Origin: Granulosicoccaceae bacterium
GTDB lineage: Bacteria > Pseudomonadota > Gammaproteobacteria > CALCKW01
Assembly (NCBI GenBank): GCA_033852095.1
Contig: JAWSVD010000074.1
Location: forward strand, 36,225 to 100,224
Reading direction: 5' to 3'
DNA: 64,000 nucleotides
Shown in pieces: positions 29,871 to 40,024 of the stretch (positions are counted from its first letter, which is position 1; each line of letters starts with the position of its first letter). A program made the translations under genes and the position numbers. The notes beneath the pieces are model-generated. The model saw only the letters and a list, made by a program, of their open reading frames with translations, did not search any database and was not told the origin of the DNA.

Positions 29871-31667
29871 TCAATTGTCGACTTTCAACACCGCGAGAAA
29901 GGCTTCCTGTGGAATCTCCACACGGCCGATCTGCTTCATGCGTTTTTTGCCCGCCTTCTGCTTTTCTAGCAGTTTTTTCTTGCGAGATACATCGCCGCCA
30001 TAACATTTGGCCAAGACGTTTTTACGCATCGCCTTCACCGTCGAACGCGCAATAACTTGCGTGCCAATAGCGGCCTGAATAGCCACCTCAAACATTTGTC
30101 GGGGAATGATCTCTTTCATCTTTTCCACCAGATCCCGACCGCGGGTCTGCGATTTAGCCCGGTGCAAAATAATCGCCAGTGCATCCACCACATCGCCGTT
30201 GATCAAAATATCGACTTTGACCAAATCGGCGGGCTCGTAGCGCAAAAAACTGTATTCAAAAGAAGCATAGCCGCGACTGACAGATTTGAGACGATCATAA
30301 AAATCTAATACCACCTCACTCATGGGCAGCTCATAACCCAGTGACACCTGTCGACCAATATAGAGCATACGCGTCTGCGTGCCACGCTTCTCGATACAGA
30401 GCTTGATCACCTCCCCCACGTACTCGGGCGGCACCAAAATACTCGCCTCGATGACCGGCTCACGCAGCTCATCAATTTCGTTGGGCGCTGGCAACTCGGA
30501 GGGGCTCTGCACCAGAGATACTTCGCCTTTTTTGTTCAAAATCTCGTACACAACTGTGGGTGCTGTGGTGATGAGATCTAGGTCATACTCGCGCTCCAGA
30601 CGCTCTTGCACAATTTCCATGTGCAACATGCCCAGATAACCGATGCGAAAACCAAAGCCCAGTGCAGCCGATGACTCCGGCTCATATACTAAGGATGAAT
30701 CGTTGAGTTTTAGCTTTTGCAAAGCATCGCGAAAAGCTTCGTAGTCCTCGGAACTCACGGGGAAAACACCGGCGAAAACTTTTGCGGTCACCTCCCGGAA
30801 ACCATCCAAGGCATCGACCGCGGGATTGCTGGCCAGCGTGATGGTGTCGCCGACCTTGGCTTGGTCAATTTCTTTGATGCCAGCAATGACATAACCCACC
30901 TGCCCGGTCGTCAGGGCATCGGTGGGTTTGCGCTTGGGGGTAAAGACACCGACATTGTCCACCTGAAAATTGCGCCCGGTGGACATGAATTGCATTTTAT
31001 CGCGTTTGCGAATTGTGCCATCGATGATGCGCACCAAGGTCACGACCCCGACGTAGCTGTCGAACCACGAGTCGACCACCAGCGCTTTCAAGGGCGCATC
31101 GGGGTCCCCGGTCGGGCAGGGAATAGTCGCAACCAGCTGCTCGAGCAATTCCGGGACATTTTCACCGGTCTTGGCGCTGATTCCCAGCGCATCATTGGCG
31201 TCTATGCCAATGATCTCTTCAACCTCTTCGGCCACACGGTCAGGCTCGGCAGCCGGCAGATCGATCTTGTTCAGCACCGGCATCACGGTCAGGTCCAGCT
31301 CAACCGCGGTGTAGCAGTTGGCCACGCTCTGCGCCTCGACACCCTGCGAGGCATCGACCACCAACAGCGCGCCTTCACAGGCGACTAAAGAACGCGAGAC
31401 CTCGTAGGCGAAATCCACGTGACCGGGTGTGTCGATGATGTTTAGTTGGTATTCGAGGCCATCATTGGCTTTGTAGCTCAGCGTCACCGCCTGCGCTTTG
31501 ATGGTGATACCGCGCTCTCGCTCGATGTCCATCGAATCCAAAACCTGTGCCTCCATCTCGCGCTCCGAGAGCCCGCCGCACAGTTGGATCAATCGATCCG
31601 CCAAGGTTGATTTGCCATGATCGATGTGAGCGATGATGGAGAAATTGCGTATGTATTGCTGATCCAT
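29871..31667 (-). CDS. lepA: Elongation factor 4
   Basis: The 598-aa protein starts [21 protein letters not shown] and has the LepA C-terminal domain. Confidence 0.95.
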   Translation of the reverse strand: MDQQYIRNFSIIAHIDHGKSTLADRLIQLCGGLSEREMEAQVLDSMDIERERGITIKAQAVTLSYKANDGLEYQLNIIDTPGHVDFAYEVSRSLVACEGALLVVDASQGVEAQSVANCYTAVELDLTVMPVLNKIDLPAAEPDRVAEEVEEIIGIDANDALGISAKTGENVPELLEQLVATIPCPTGDPDAPLKALVVDSWFDSYVGVVTLVRIIDGTIRKRDKMQFMSTGRNFQVDNVGVFTPKRKPTDALTTGQVGYVIAGIKEIDQAKVGDTITLASNPAVDALDGFREVTAKVFAGVFPVSSEDYEAFRDALQKLKLNDSSLVYEPESSAALGFGFRIGYLGMLHMEIVQERLEREYDLDLITTAPTVVYEILNKKGEVSLVQSPSELPAPNEIDELREPVIEASILVPPEYVGEVIKLCIEKRGTQTRMLYIGRQVSLGYELPMSEVVLDFYDRLKSVSRGYASFEYSFLRYEPADLVKVDILINGDVVDALAIILHRAKSQTRGRDLVEKMKEIIPRQMFEVAIQAAIGTQVIARSTVKAMRKNVLAKCYGGDVSRKKKLLEKQKAGKKRMKQIGRVEIPQEAFLAVLKVDN

Positions 31668-31680
31668 AAATCGTGTCGCG

Positions 31681-31959
31681 CTAGTTAAGCGTAGCTAAGT
31701 GGGCTTGCAGACGGGCCATGTCGAGATGATAGCGGCAAATTTCGGTATCGCCGTGACATAACACCGGGACGCCTGCGCCGTACCGATCGCACAAGGCGGG
31801 GTCGGTGTCCACATCGATGATATCCACTTCTACCCCGTGTGCCGCCAACATCTGCGCCATGTCGTCGCAAAGGTGGCAGCTCTGTCGGCTGTACAAGTTA
31901 AGAGCCCGCTCCGTATTTCGGGGCGAGGCGTCATCGAGTGGGCGTAAATTGCGGCGCAT
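31681..31959 (-). CDS. Glutaredoxin-family small protein (DUF836-like)
   Basis: It has a CHLC active-site-like motif in a thioredoxin-fold context ([15 protein letters not shown]...GAGVPVL). The start is uncertain: the ATG at 31959 or the upstream ATG at 32004. Confidence 0.45.
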   Translation of the reverse strand: MRRNLRPLDDASPRNTERALNLYSRQSCHLCDDMAQMLAAHGVEVDIIDVDTDPALCDRYGAGVPVLCHGDTEICRYHLDMARLQAHLATLN

Positions 31960-32027
31960 GCGGCAAGTCCTGTTTACGCGCCCAAACAGGGGCGCGCTCG
32001 TCAACTCACCATCATGGCCGAAAGTTG

Positions 32028-33440
32028 CTACTCCGGCAAGCGAAGCGCGAGGAACATGGGGCCTGAACCTCGCTGAACAAGCACCGCAACCGACTCTCCC
32101 GCGGACAAGGATTGCGTAATATCACGGTAGCTGGCGAGGTCTTCGACCGCCTGCCCGTTGAGCTGCATGATGAAATCCCCCGACGCAATGCCCGCCTGCG
32201 CGGCAGCGCTATTGCTTTTCACCTCTTCCACTAGCACACCGCCGGACTCAATTCCCGAAGCCTCGCGCTGCGCCTCGTCCGGCTCTACCGCAGTCAAGCC
32301 CAGCTTATCGTCACGCCCGGCCGCGGATCGACCGGATCGTGCCGCGAGCTCTGCCACCTGCGGTAGCTCACCGATGTTGACCACGACCGTCTCTCGCTCG
32401 CCGTCACGCATGACATCCACATCGGCGTCACTGCCGGCGCGCACTCGCCCGACCAGCGGCGGCAATGACGAACTGGTGGCAACTGGCATGCCATTGAACG
32501 CGACGATCACGTCCCCCACCCGCAGTTCAGATTTAGCGGCGGGGCTGTCGGGCAGAATCTGCGACACCAGGGCACCGCTGGCCGTGGCCATGCCGAAGCT
32601 CTCGGCCAGATCGCGGGTCACCTCTTGAATCACAACACCCAACCACCCTCTGGAGACCTGGCCGGTGGTGCGCAGTTGATCCGCCACGTCCATCGCCACA
32701 TCGATGGGGATGGCGAAAGACAAGCCCATAAAACCGCCGCTGCGGCTGTAGATTTGGGAGTTTACCCCCACCACTTCACCGGCCAAATTAAACAGTGGCC
32801 CTCCGGAATTTCCGGGGTTGATGGCCACATCAGTCTGGATAAAAGGCGTGTAATTTTCATTCGGCAGAGAGCGTCCTTTCGCACTGACAATGCCAGCGGT
32901 GACACTGAAATCAAAGCCAAAGGGCGATCCGATGGCCAGCACCCACTCGCCGACCTTCAGCGCCGCCGAAGAGCCGATGTCCACCACGGGCAATCCCGTT
33001 GCGTCCACTTTGAGCACCGCCACATCGCTGCGCTTGTCCGTGCCGATCACCTCGGCCTCCATCTGGCGTCGGTCAGACAGGCGCACAATCACCTTGTCCG
33101 CGCCTTCTACCACGTGGTTGTTGGTCAACACGTAGCCGTCAGAGGAAATAATAAAACCAGAGCCCTGCGAGCTTGGCCGCTCACCCGGCCCGGCGCCTGA
33201 GCCGCCCCGCTGCTCTTCCAAGAACTTTTTCAACAAATCGCCGAAAGGGGTGTTTTCCAGCTCCGGCATGTCCATGCCCGGCGGCAAGGCCACAGCATCA
33301 CGTTGACGGGTGGTGCTGATATTGACCACCGTGGGGTGCTGCGCTTCCACCAACTCGGTGAAATCAGGCAAGGCACCCGCTTGCGAGTAGGCCGGCACAA
33401 CAAAGGCGGCCAAAACAAGTATCCGCAAGACTGAAAGCAT
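32028..33440 (-). CDS. mucD: Periplasmic serine endoprotease of the DegP/MucD family
   Basis: The protein has a signal peptide, a trypsin-like domain (GNSGGPL) and two PDZ domains. It is the last gene of the sigma-E operon, as mucD is in Pseudomonas. Confidence 0.85.
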   Translation of the reverse strand: MLSVLRILVLAAFVVPAYSQAGALPDFTELVEAQHPTVVNISTTRQRDAVALPPGMDMPELENTPFGDLLKKFLEEQRGGSGAGPGERPSSQGSGFIISSDGYVLTNNHVVEGADKVIVRLSDRRQMEAEVIGTDKRSDVAVLKVDATGLPVVDIGSSAALKVGEWVLAIGSPFGFDFSVTAGIVSAKGRSLPNENYTPFIQTDVAINPGNSGGPLFNLAGEVVGVNSQIYSRSGGFMGLSFAIPIDVAMDVADQLRTTGQVSRGWLGVVIQEVTRDLAESFGMATASGALVSQILPDSPAAKSELRVGDVIVAFNGMPVATSSSLPPLVGRVRAGSDADVDVMRDGERETVVVNIGELPQVAELAARSGRSAAGRDDKLGLTAVEPDEAQREASGIESGGVLVEEVKSNSAAAQAGIASGDFIMQLNGQAVEDLASYRDITQSLSAGESVAVLVQRGSGPMFLALRLPE

Positions 33441-33451
33441 GAAAAAATCCT

Positions 33452-33889
33452 TTATTTGTCAGAGAATTGCACAGCGCTCAAAGGGGCGCCGGCTGAAAAG
33501 TGTTGCCGCAGCGTCAGCTGCGCGAGCCACAGGACTGCCACCAGACCCACAAGCCCAGCCGCCCCCTGCGACAGATCACCGAGCCCCAGCATCAGAGCAC
33601 AAAAAGCGCCCGCGACAAAACCAGCCGCGGGGAAGAAATAGAGTAACAGCGAAATTTGCGCCAGCGCACCGGGATCGGCTTCTAAATGAACTGACTGCCC
33701 TGCTTGCAGGCTCTCAGAGGTACGTGCCGTCACCCTCACCTCTGCCCGAGCTGCAAGGCCAGCGCCGCATGCGCTCTTGCACCTGTGACAGGCGCCACCG
33801 CGTTGCGCGCTGAGCTCCGCGTGATGGACCGAGGCACTGCCCACCTGCGCGACGATGTGCTCGCCGGCCACTGCAGGGCCTAAAGGCAT
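33452..33889 (-). CDS. rseC: RseC/MucC-family sigma-E regulatory membrane protein
   Basis: The 145-aa protein has an N-terminal Cys cluster (ACHRCKSACGAG) and two C-terminal TM helices. Its start overlaps the rseA stop. Confidence 0.55.
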   Translation of the reverse strand: MPLGPAVAGEHIVAQVGSASVHHAELSAQRGGACHRCKSACGAGLAARAEVRVTARTSESLQAGQSVHLEADPGALAQISLLLYFFPAAGFVAGAFCALMLGLGDLSQGAAGLVGLVAVLWLAQLTLRQHFSAGAPLSAVQFSDK

Positions 33890-34530
33890 CAGTTCGCCGG
33901 TTGGAAGCTGATGTTGCTCGGTTGCGCGACGCCCACAGCGAGCGACGAGCGCCGCCCCGACTCCATGTGCTGGATAAGCTGATTGCGCAGTTGTGGCGAC
34001 AGCGAATTGAAATCGATGCTGCGCACGTCTGACGTCACCGGCCGTACCGCGTCTTGCCGTACGGACAGGTCTGGGGCGACGGCCAGAGACGACACAGCCA
34101 GTGGGCTGACCGCACTCTGTGGTACTTGTGCCACCAGGCGGTGATCGGGCTGCTTATTGTTCTCACTGAACATCACCAGCCCGACAAAACCCAGTGCGGC
34201 CACACTGGCGGCAACCGCTAAACTCTGGGTCCGACCGGCAAACCAGCCCTGTACCACATTATCGGTAGGCGCCACAGCGGTGGGCGTCACTGGCCGCCCT
34301 GCCGCTGGGCTCAACACCGTTGGCTCTTCGGCCACGGCGAGCGCGACCTGCTCGGCAAAACCTGCTGGCAAATGGCAATTGATCTGCCCGTGCAGTGCGT
34401 CGCGCTGTTCGCACAGAGCAGAAAAAGCCTGCTTGCAGCCGCTCTGACGCACCAGCGCTTCAATCGATTCCGCATCGCTCAATTCGCCGTCTAAAAAGGC
34501 CGAAAGTGACTCTCGATTTTTCTCGTTCAT
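33889..34530 (-). CDS. rseA: Anti-sigma-E factor (RseA/MucA family)
   Basis: The N-terminal anti-sigma domain reads SLSAFLDGELSDAES. It has a central TM helix and lies immediately downstream of rpoE with an ATGA overlap. Confidence 0.65.
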   Translation of the reverse strand: MNEKNRESLSAFLDGELSDAESIEALVRQSGCKQAFSALCEQRDALHGQINCHLPAGFAEQVALAVAEEPTVLSPAAGRPVTPTAVAPTDNVVQGWFAGRTQSLAVAASVAALGFVGLVMFSENNKQPDHRLVAQVPQSAVSPLAVSSLAVAPDLSVRQDAVRPVTSDVRSIDFNSLSPQLRNQLIQHMESGRRSSLAVGVAQPSNISFQPAN

Positions 34531-35126
34531 GCTTTTAGTCCTGTTTGCTCACCGTCCATCAAGGGCCGGAATTTTGCTTCGATGGCCTCACGTGCGCGAA
34601 AAATGCGCGATCTCACGGTACCGATAGGACAATCCATTGCCACTGCGATTTCGTCATAACTCAAACCGTCAAATTCCCGCAGCGCGATGGCGGTGCGCAG
34701 ATCGACAGGCAGGTCTTCAATCGCCTCGTGGATAGCGCTGCGCAATTCGTCGGTGCGGGCTTCTCGTTCGGGAGTGGCGATATCATGCAAACGCTCTGCC
34801 GCCGCCAAGTGCGCGTTGTCATCGGCGTCTACCGAGCGCTCCACATTCCGTCGTCCGGCCGATACCAAGTGGTTTTTAGCTGCGTTCACCGCGATGCGGT
34901 AGAGCCAGGTATAGAAGGCACTGTCACCGCGAAAATTTTTCAGTCCGCGGTAGGCTTTGATGAAAGCCTCCTGGCAGACATCGGGCACGTCGGAGCCGTT
35001 GTTGACGTAACGGGCGACCAAGTTGGCCACCTTGTGCTGGTATTTCAGCACGAGCAGGTTGTAGGCGTTGGTATCACCGCGTTGCACACGCCTTACCAAG
35101 GCCAAATCGGCTTCATTACTGGTCAT
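34527..35126 (-). CDS. rpoE: RNA polymerase sigma-E (sigma-24/AlgU)
   Basis: The 199-aa protein has sigma-70 regions 2 and 4 and an N-terminus (LVRRVQRGDTNAYNLLVLKYQHKV) close to RpoE/AlgU. Confidence 0.9.
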   Translation of the reverse strand: MTSNEADLALVRRVQRGDTNAYNLLVLKYQHKVANLVARYVNNGSDVPDVCQEAFIKAYRGLKNFRGDSAFYTWLYRIAVNAAKNHLVSAGRRNVERSVDADDNAHLAAAERLHDIATPEREARTDELRSAIHEAIEDLPVDLRTAIALREFDGLSYDEIAVAMDCPIGTVRSRIFRAREAIEAKFRPLMDGEQTGLKA

Positions 35127-35157
35127 TGCTACTCGCTGTTAGTGGCTTAGCTGATGC

Positions 35158-35185
35158 TGAGACTACCAGACACGGCCAAAGTTCC
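35158..35185 (-). promoter_or_regulatory. Candidate sigma-E-dependent autoregulated promoter of rpoE
   Basis: The minus strand reads GGAACTT-16 nt-TCTCA (GGAACTT at 35185-35179, TCTCA at 35162-35158), about 30 nt upstream of the rpoE ATG. It matches the GAACTT-N16-TCTGA class. Confidence 0.45.
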
Positions 35186-35262
35186 GGTTTTGCGCCCGCA
35201 AAAGCCGACCCTGTCACAGCTGCAACACTTTGTTGCACAGGCACAGGGCGCTTGCAGAACGT

Positions 35263-35808
35263 CTAGATCGAAAGCACGGTTTTCCGGTAGTAGCGCAACT
35301 CCTCGATGGACTCCCGTATATCGTCCAGAGCCTGATGCGTGGCTTTTTTCTGGAAGCCCGCCATTTTCTCCGGCGCCCAGCGTTTCACCAGCTCTTTCAA
35401 TGTGGATACATCCAAATTTCTGTAGTGAAAGAAGGCCTCCAGGGACGGCATCAATCGCGCCATGAAACGCCGGTCCTGGCAGATGCTGTTGCCGCACATG
35501 GGCGAGACCCCGGTCGGCACCCACTGCGCCAGAAACTCGATGGTCGCCAACTCCGCGTCATTGGCGGTGTGCGTCGATTGGCGAACCCTTTCGATCAGAC
35601 CCGAAGCGCCGTGGTGGCTTTGATTCCAGTCATCCATGCCCGCCATGACCGACTCGCTCTGGTGCACGGCCAGCACCGGGCCCTCCGCCAGTGTATTGAG
35701 GTTCACGTCGGTGATGATGGTCGCGATTTCGATGATCACGTCCTGCTGCGGCTCCAGACCGGTCATTTCTAGGTCGATCCAAATCAAGTTGTCTTTGCTG
35801 GGCTGCAT
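35263..35808 (-). CDS. orn: Oligoribonuclease
   Basis: The 181-aa protein starts [23 protein letters not shown], the DEDDh signature. The tracked ORF carries a spurious 98-codon 5' extension. Confidence 0.9.
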   Translation of the reverse strand: MQPSKDNLIWIDLEMTGLEPQQDVIIEIATIITDVNLNTLAEGPVLAVHQSESVMAGMDDWNQSHHGASGLIERVRQSTHTANDAELATIEFLAQWVPTGVSPMCGNSICQDRRFMARLMPSLEAFFHYRNLDVSTLKELVKRWAPEKMAGFQKKATHQALDDIRESIEELRYYRKTVLSI

Positions 35809-35884
35809 GTGCGCTATTTGTGGTTGTGGACAGGCCTCCAGTATAGTGCATCCCATCCCTACTCTGGAGCCTTCGCCCCGCCCT

Positions 35885-36796
35885 ATGTCCTCTTCAAACA
35901 CCGCTGTACAAATCGGCCGGGTCGTCGCCGTGCACCGCTCGCACTGGCTCATCCAGGGCAAAGACAAGGCCCTGCACAAGGCGACCGCCAAATACAAAGC
36001 CGGGGCACCGGTGGTCGGCGACCGGGTGCGCTTCAGTGACGCCAGCGGCGGGCTGGTCCACATCGACAGCATCGAGCCGCGCGACTCTACCCTGCAGCGC
36101 ATCGACCGCCGCGGTCAGCCCAAACCGCTGGCCGCAAACCACACCCGGCTGGTGGTGGTCTGCGCGCCCGCGCCCGGCATCGACCGCCTCTTGATCGATC
36201 AATACTTGGTCGCGGCGGACCACGGCGGCGTGCGCCCGCTGTTGGTGGTCAACAAATCTGACCTGATCGAGGACATCGCGTCGCTCGATCCGATGCTGGC
36301 CAGCTACCAGAGCGCCCGCTGCGACAGTGTGCTGACCTGCGCCGAGACGGGCGACGGGCTGGCAGAGCTCAGCGACAAGCTGCGCGGCCAAGTGGCGATC
36401 TTTGTAGGCCCCTCCGGCGTCGGCAAGTCCTCGATCATCCAGCACTTTGTGCCCGACCGTGACATACGCGTGGGCGCCCTGTCCGCCGCCGGCATGGGAT
36501 CGCACACCACCACTGCCTCCGTCTGGTACGACTTGGAAGACGAGGGCGCGGTGATCGACAGCCCGGGCGTGCGTGAGTTCAGGCTCGACCACATCCCCGT
36601 GGAAACAGTGCGCGCGGGCTTTTTGGAGATCGCCGAGCTGGCGCAGTCTTGTAAATTTTCAAACTGCAGCCACCGCCATGAACCCGACTGCGAGGTCCGC
36701 TCCGCCGTCAACGACAAGACGCTCGACGGCTTGCGCTACAAAAACTACCTGCATTTGCTGGCCGAAGCGGAAGAAGCGGCAAAACCTCGCAGTTAA
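35885..36796 (+). CDS. rsgA: Ribosome small-subunit biogenesis GTPase RsgA
   Basis: The protein has a circularly permuted GTPase (VVNKSDL...GPSGVGKSS) and a C-terminal zinc finger ([14 protein letters not shown]). It is divergent from orn as in E. coli. I use the ATG at 35885 ([16 protein letters not shown]). Confidence 0.85.
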   Translation: MSSSNTAVQIGRVVAVHRSHWLIQGKDKALHKATAKYKAGAPVVGDRVRFSDASGGLVHIDSIEPRDSTLQRIDRRGQPKPLAANHTRLVVVCAPAPGIDRLLIDQYLVAADHGGVRPLLVVNKSDLIEDIASLDPMLASYQSARCDSVLTCAETGDGLAELSDKLRGQVAIFVGPSGVGKSSIIQHFVPDRDIRVGALSAAGMGSHTTTASVWYDLEDEGAVIDSPGVREFRLDHIPVETVRAGFLEIAELAQSCKFSNCSHRHEPDCEVRSAVNDKTLDGLRYKNYLHLLAEAEEAAKPRS

Positions 36797-36932
36797 AGAC
36801 ATCCGCGCCCACGGTCAGCTTTCGAGCTATTAGAATCGCCCTGCGGCGCACAGGGAAATCACAAGCTCAATTCGCAGACTCTCTCAAGGAGTCACTGCTG
36901 GTCATCTACGCCACTCATCAGCCCACGGCTGC

Positions 36933-37547
36933 TCACAGCGGCTGATCAGATATCGACTTCACCGCGTAACCGGTGTCTGCGCAGTGTTCCACCACACTGC
37001 AGCCGCAATTAGCCACTCTCGGCTCAGCCCACATTTGCGACAAGGGCCAACCGAGGTACTGCAGCAACAGGGCTTTGATCATCCCCCCGTGGCTCACGAT
37101 CAGCACGCGTTGGCCGGGATGATTTTCAACGATTTTCGATACGGCGGCCGAGCCACGCGCCTGCAGCTGCGCGAAAGTCTCCGCGCCTGCGAGCGCGAAC
37201 TGACCGGGCTGTTCAAAGAAGAAGCCGTGCTGCTCAGGGTACTGCAGCGCTATGTCCGGCAGCAGGCAGCCTTCCCAAGGGCCCAGGGAGATTTCTCGCA
37301 GCCCTTCGTGGCTGTTCATCGCAGCACTTTCCCCGCCCAAAAGCGCGTGCAGCGTCTGCTGCGCTCTGGCACTGGTGCTGCTGTAGGCGGCGTCGCAATT
37401 CAGCGCGATCATCTCGGCGCTCCTGCTCTGCGCCTGAGCTACGCCACGCTCATTCAAATCGGTGTTGGCCCAGCCTTGCATGCGGCCCTCGGCGTTCCAG
37501 ACTGTCTCGCCATGCCGAACAAAAAACAACTGCGTAACTGACATCAC
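36933..37547 (-). CDS. Histidine phosphatase (phosphoglycerate mutase superfamily)
   Basis: The protein has the RHG motif (LFFVRHGETVWNAEGRMQG) and is 204 aa long. The specific substrate is unknown. Confidence 0.7.
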   Translation of the reverse strand: MMSVTQLFFVRHGETVWNAEGRMQGWANTDLNERGVAQAQSRSAEMIALNCDAAYSSTSARAQQTLHALLGGESAAMNSHEGLREISLGPWEGCLLPDIALQYPEQHGFFFEQPGQFALAGAETFAQLQARGSAAVSKIVENHPGQRVLIVSHGGMIKALLLQYLGWPLSQMWAEPRVANCGCSVVEHCADTGYAVKSISDQPL

Positions 37548-37590
37548 CCGCCCTCAAAAAAGTATCACTAGACAGTGAATTATCGCACAC

Positions 37591-37621
37591 AAAAAAAGGG
37601 CCATAGAGTGATCTATGGCCC
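37591..37621 (-). terminator. Intrinsic terminator downstream of fhs
   Basis: On the minus strand the sequence is GGGCCATAGA-tcac-TCTATGGCCC followed by TTTTTTT. Confidence 0.6.
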
Positions 37622-37682
37622 TCCACCAGAACAAACTGATGCTTTGAGCGCCGAAACTTCGGCGTTCAAAAAATGGCTAGCG

Positions 37683-39359
37683 CTAGAACAGGCCCTCGAC
37701 CAAGCCCTGATCGTCGAGGCGGATTTTGTTGGCGCTCGGCACGCGTGGCAGGCCCGGCATGGTCATGATGTCGCCGCAGACCACCACGATAAAGCCCGCA
37801 CCCGCCGACAGACGGACCTCCCGGACGGGCACCACATGACCGGTGGGCGCACCGATGAGGTTCGGGTCTGTGGAAAAGCTGTACTGCGTTTTCGCCATGC
37901 ACACGGGGAACTCCCCATAACCCATCTCGGTAAATTGGCGCAATTTGTCGCGCACTTTTTTATCCGCCACCACTTCACTGGCGCCATAGAGCTGCGTGGC
38001 GATGGTGCTGATCTTATCCCACAGCGGCAGGGCATCATCGTAGATCGGAGCGAACTGCGAGCTGCCACCGTCCACCAGCTCCACCACGTGCCGCGCGAGC
38101 TCTTCGGTGCCCGCGCTGCCTTCCGCCCAGTGATTGGCCAGCACCGCTTTTACGCCCAACTCTTCTGCCGCCGCCTGCACCGCAGCCACTTCGGCGTCGG
38201 TATCGGCGCTGAAGCGATTGATCGCCACCACCACCGGCACGCCGAAGCTCTTCACGTTGCGCACATGGCGCGCCAAGTTTTCGCAGCCGCTGGTAACCGC
38301 ATCAACGTTCTCTGCTCCCAGTTCTTTTTTGTTCACCCCGCCGTGCATTTTCAAGGCCCGAACAGTGGCGACAACAACTGCGGCATCAGGCGACAAACCC
38401 GCTTTTCTGCACTTGATATCGAAGAACTTCTCCGCGCCTAGGTCCGCACCAAAACCCGCCTCGGTGACCACATAGTCCGCCAATTTAAGCGCTGCACGGG
38501 TTGCAATAACCGTATTGCAACCGTGCGCAATATTGGCAAAGGGGCCGCCGTGAATAAAGGCGGGGTTGTTCTCCAGAGTCTGTACCAGATTGGGCGCGAG
38601 CGCGTCTTTGAGCAGCACGGTCATGGCGCCGTCTGCGCTCAGCTGGCTCGCCGTGATGGGCTTTCGCTCGCGGGTCTCAGCGACTACGATGCGGCCGATG
38701 CGCTCTTGCAAATCCTGTAGATCGTTTGCCAGACAAAAGATCGCCATGATTTCGGAGGCCACCGTGATGTCGAATCCATCCTCACGTGGGTAGCCGTTCG
38801 CCACACCGCCCAAGCTGCTGTTGATATTGCGCAGGGAGCGGTCATTCATGTCGACCACCCGGCGCCAGGCGACCCGGCGAGAATCGATGCCGAGTTCATT
38901 GCCCCAATAAATGTGGTTGTCGATCATGGTGGACAATAAATTGTGCGCCGCACCAATGGCGTGAAAATCGCCGGTGAAATGCAAGTTGATGTCCTCCATC
39001 GGCACCACCTGCGCATAACCGCCGCCGGCGGCCCCGCCCTTCACGCCAAAACAGGGACCCAGAGACGGCTCGCGCAGACACATCATCGCCTTCTTGCCGA
39101 TTTTATTCAGGCCATCACCCAGCCCAACCGTAGTGGTGGTTTTACCCTCGCCCGCTGGTGTGGGGCTGATCGCGGTCACTAGCACTAGCTTGCCATCGGG
39201 CTTGTCCGCAAGGCCGGCGATATAATCCAAGGCGACTTTTGCCTTGTAATGGCCGTAGGGTTGCAGGGCCTCATCGGGTATTTGCAGTTGCTCTGCAATT
39301 TGGCTTACGCGCTGCATGGACGCTTCGCGCGCTATCTCAATATCTGTTTTGACCGACAT
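37683..39359 (-). CDS. fhs: Formate--tetrahydrofolate ligase
   Basis: The 558-aa protein has the FTHFS P-loop (TPAGEGKTT). I use the ATG at 39359 ([10 protein letters not shown]), which has a GGAG Shine-Dalgarno. The tracked ORF starts 39 nt earlier. Confidence 0.9.
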   Translation of the reverse strand: MSVKTDIEIAREASMQRVSQIAEQLQIPDEALQPYGHYKAKVALDYIAGLADKPDGKLVLVTAISPTPAGEGKTTTTVGLGDGLNKIGKKAMMCLREPSLGPCFGVKGGAAGGGYAQVVPMEDINLHFTGDFHAIGAAHNLLSTMIDNHIYWGNELGIDSRRVAWRRVVDMNDRSLRNINSSLGGVANGYPREDGFDITVASEIMAIFCLANDLQDLQERIGRIVVAETRERKPITASQLSADGAMTVLLKDALAPNLVQTLENNPAFIHGGPFANIAHGCNTVIATRAALKLADYVVTEAGFGADLGAEKFFDIKCRKAGLSPDAAVVVATVRALKMHGGVNKKELGAENVDAVTSGCENLARHVRNVKSFGVPVVVAINRFSADTDAEVAAVQAAAEELGVKAVLANHWAEGSAGTEELARHVVELVDGGSSQFAPIYDDALPLWDKISTIATQLYGASEVVADKKVRDKLRQFTEMGYGEFPVCMAKTQYSFSTDPNLIGAPTGHVVPVREVRLSAGAGFIVVVCGDIMTMPGLPRVPSANKIRLDDQGLVEGLF

Positions 39360-39472
39360 AAGGACTCCGATTTTAAAGCCAATAAAGCACGGCTTCACGG
39401 CATTAAAAACCCGTTAAACGCGCTTGTTTAAGTTAAAAAACAACGTCAAACACCCGAAATAAAAGCAACTCA

Positions 39473-39491
39473 CGCTGTGATTATCACAGCG
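39473..39491. promoter_or_regulatory. Perfect 19-bp palindrome (candidate operator) upstream of fhs
   Basis: The sequence is CGCTGTGAT-T-ATCACAGCG, about 115 nt upstream of the fhs start. It is immediately followed by GCGCAAACG, which resembles a PurR-box half-site. Confidence 0.4.
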
Positions 39492-40024
39492 CAAACGATC
39501 GATCTATAAACGAGAAATACAACCGACTTCACGTATCAGCCCTGACACCGGGCACTCACTGTCGCCTTATCTGTCGGCTGAATGTACACACGCTCGCCAG
39601 AAGCACCGGTCCTCTGAGCGACTCATCAACCAAAGAAAACGACAAAGCAATGCAAATGCGACTGATGACGACGCATCTCGGCAAGTGCGTTGGCAAAGGC
39701 ATATACAGCCACTACAGCTGTGTCAGAATGAACTTTGCTTGAGGGAAAGCCGCTGTGCATCGGGGTTTTCATGTGGCCTATGCAAAGTACGCCGGCTCGA
39801 TAATTCGCGGCGGCTACTTCTGCGACCCGATAAATCATGCACCTTTCACCACAGGAGACTGTGAGCCATTCAGAGAATCCCGCGGCACGGAGATGAACCA
39901 CTAAAACCCAAGGCACCATTATGTTGCTCTGGGGTAAACGGCGATCCGCGCTTTCAGTGACTGTGACGCTGAGTATCCAGGATGGATTAATTCAGATATT
40001 CCTAGCAAGAGTAGAACGCTGACC

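Noticed and set aside
39360-39700. A possible ZTP (pfl) or other folate/purine riboswitch in the fhs 5' leader
   Set aside because: I looked on the minus strand for the conserved pfl elements (a GGGUCGUGACUGGCG-like 5' sub-domain and a CCGCCUGGGCA-like 3' hairpin). I found only weak fragments (CTGGCG, GCCCGG) with no supporting helices. A covariance-model scan is needed, so it is not reported as a feature.
39626-39919. A 97-aa minus-strand ORF in the fhs/regulator intergenic region
   Set aside because: It has no recognisable Shine-Dalgarno, no family resemblance, an odd composition, and it overlaps candidate promoter and operator DNA. It is more likely non-coding. A 35-codon plus-strand ORF ending 2 nt before the regulator ATG was also seen but has only a weak Shine-Dalgarno.
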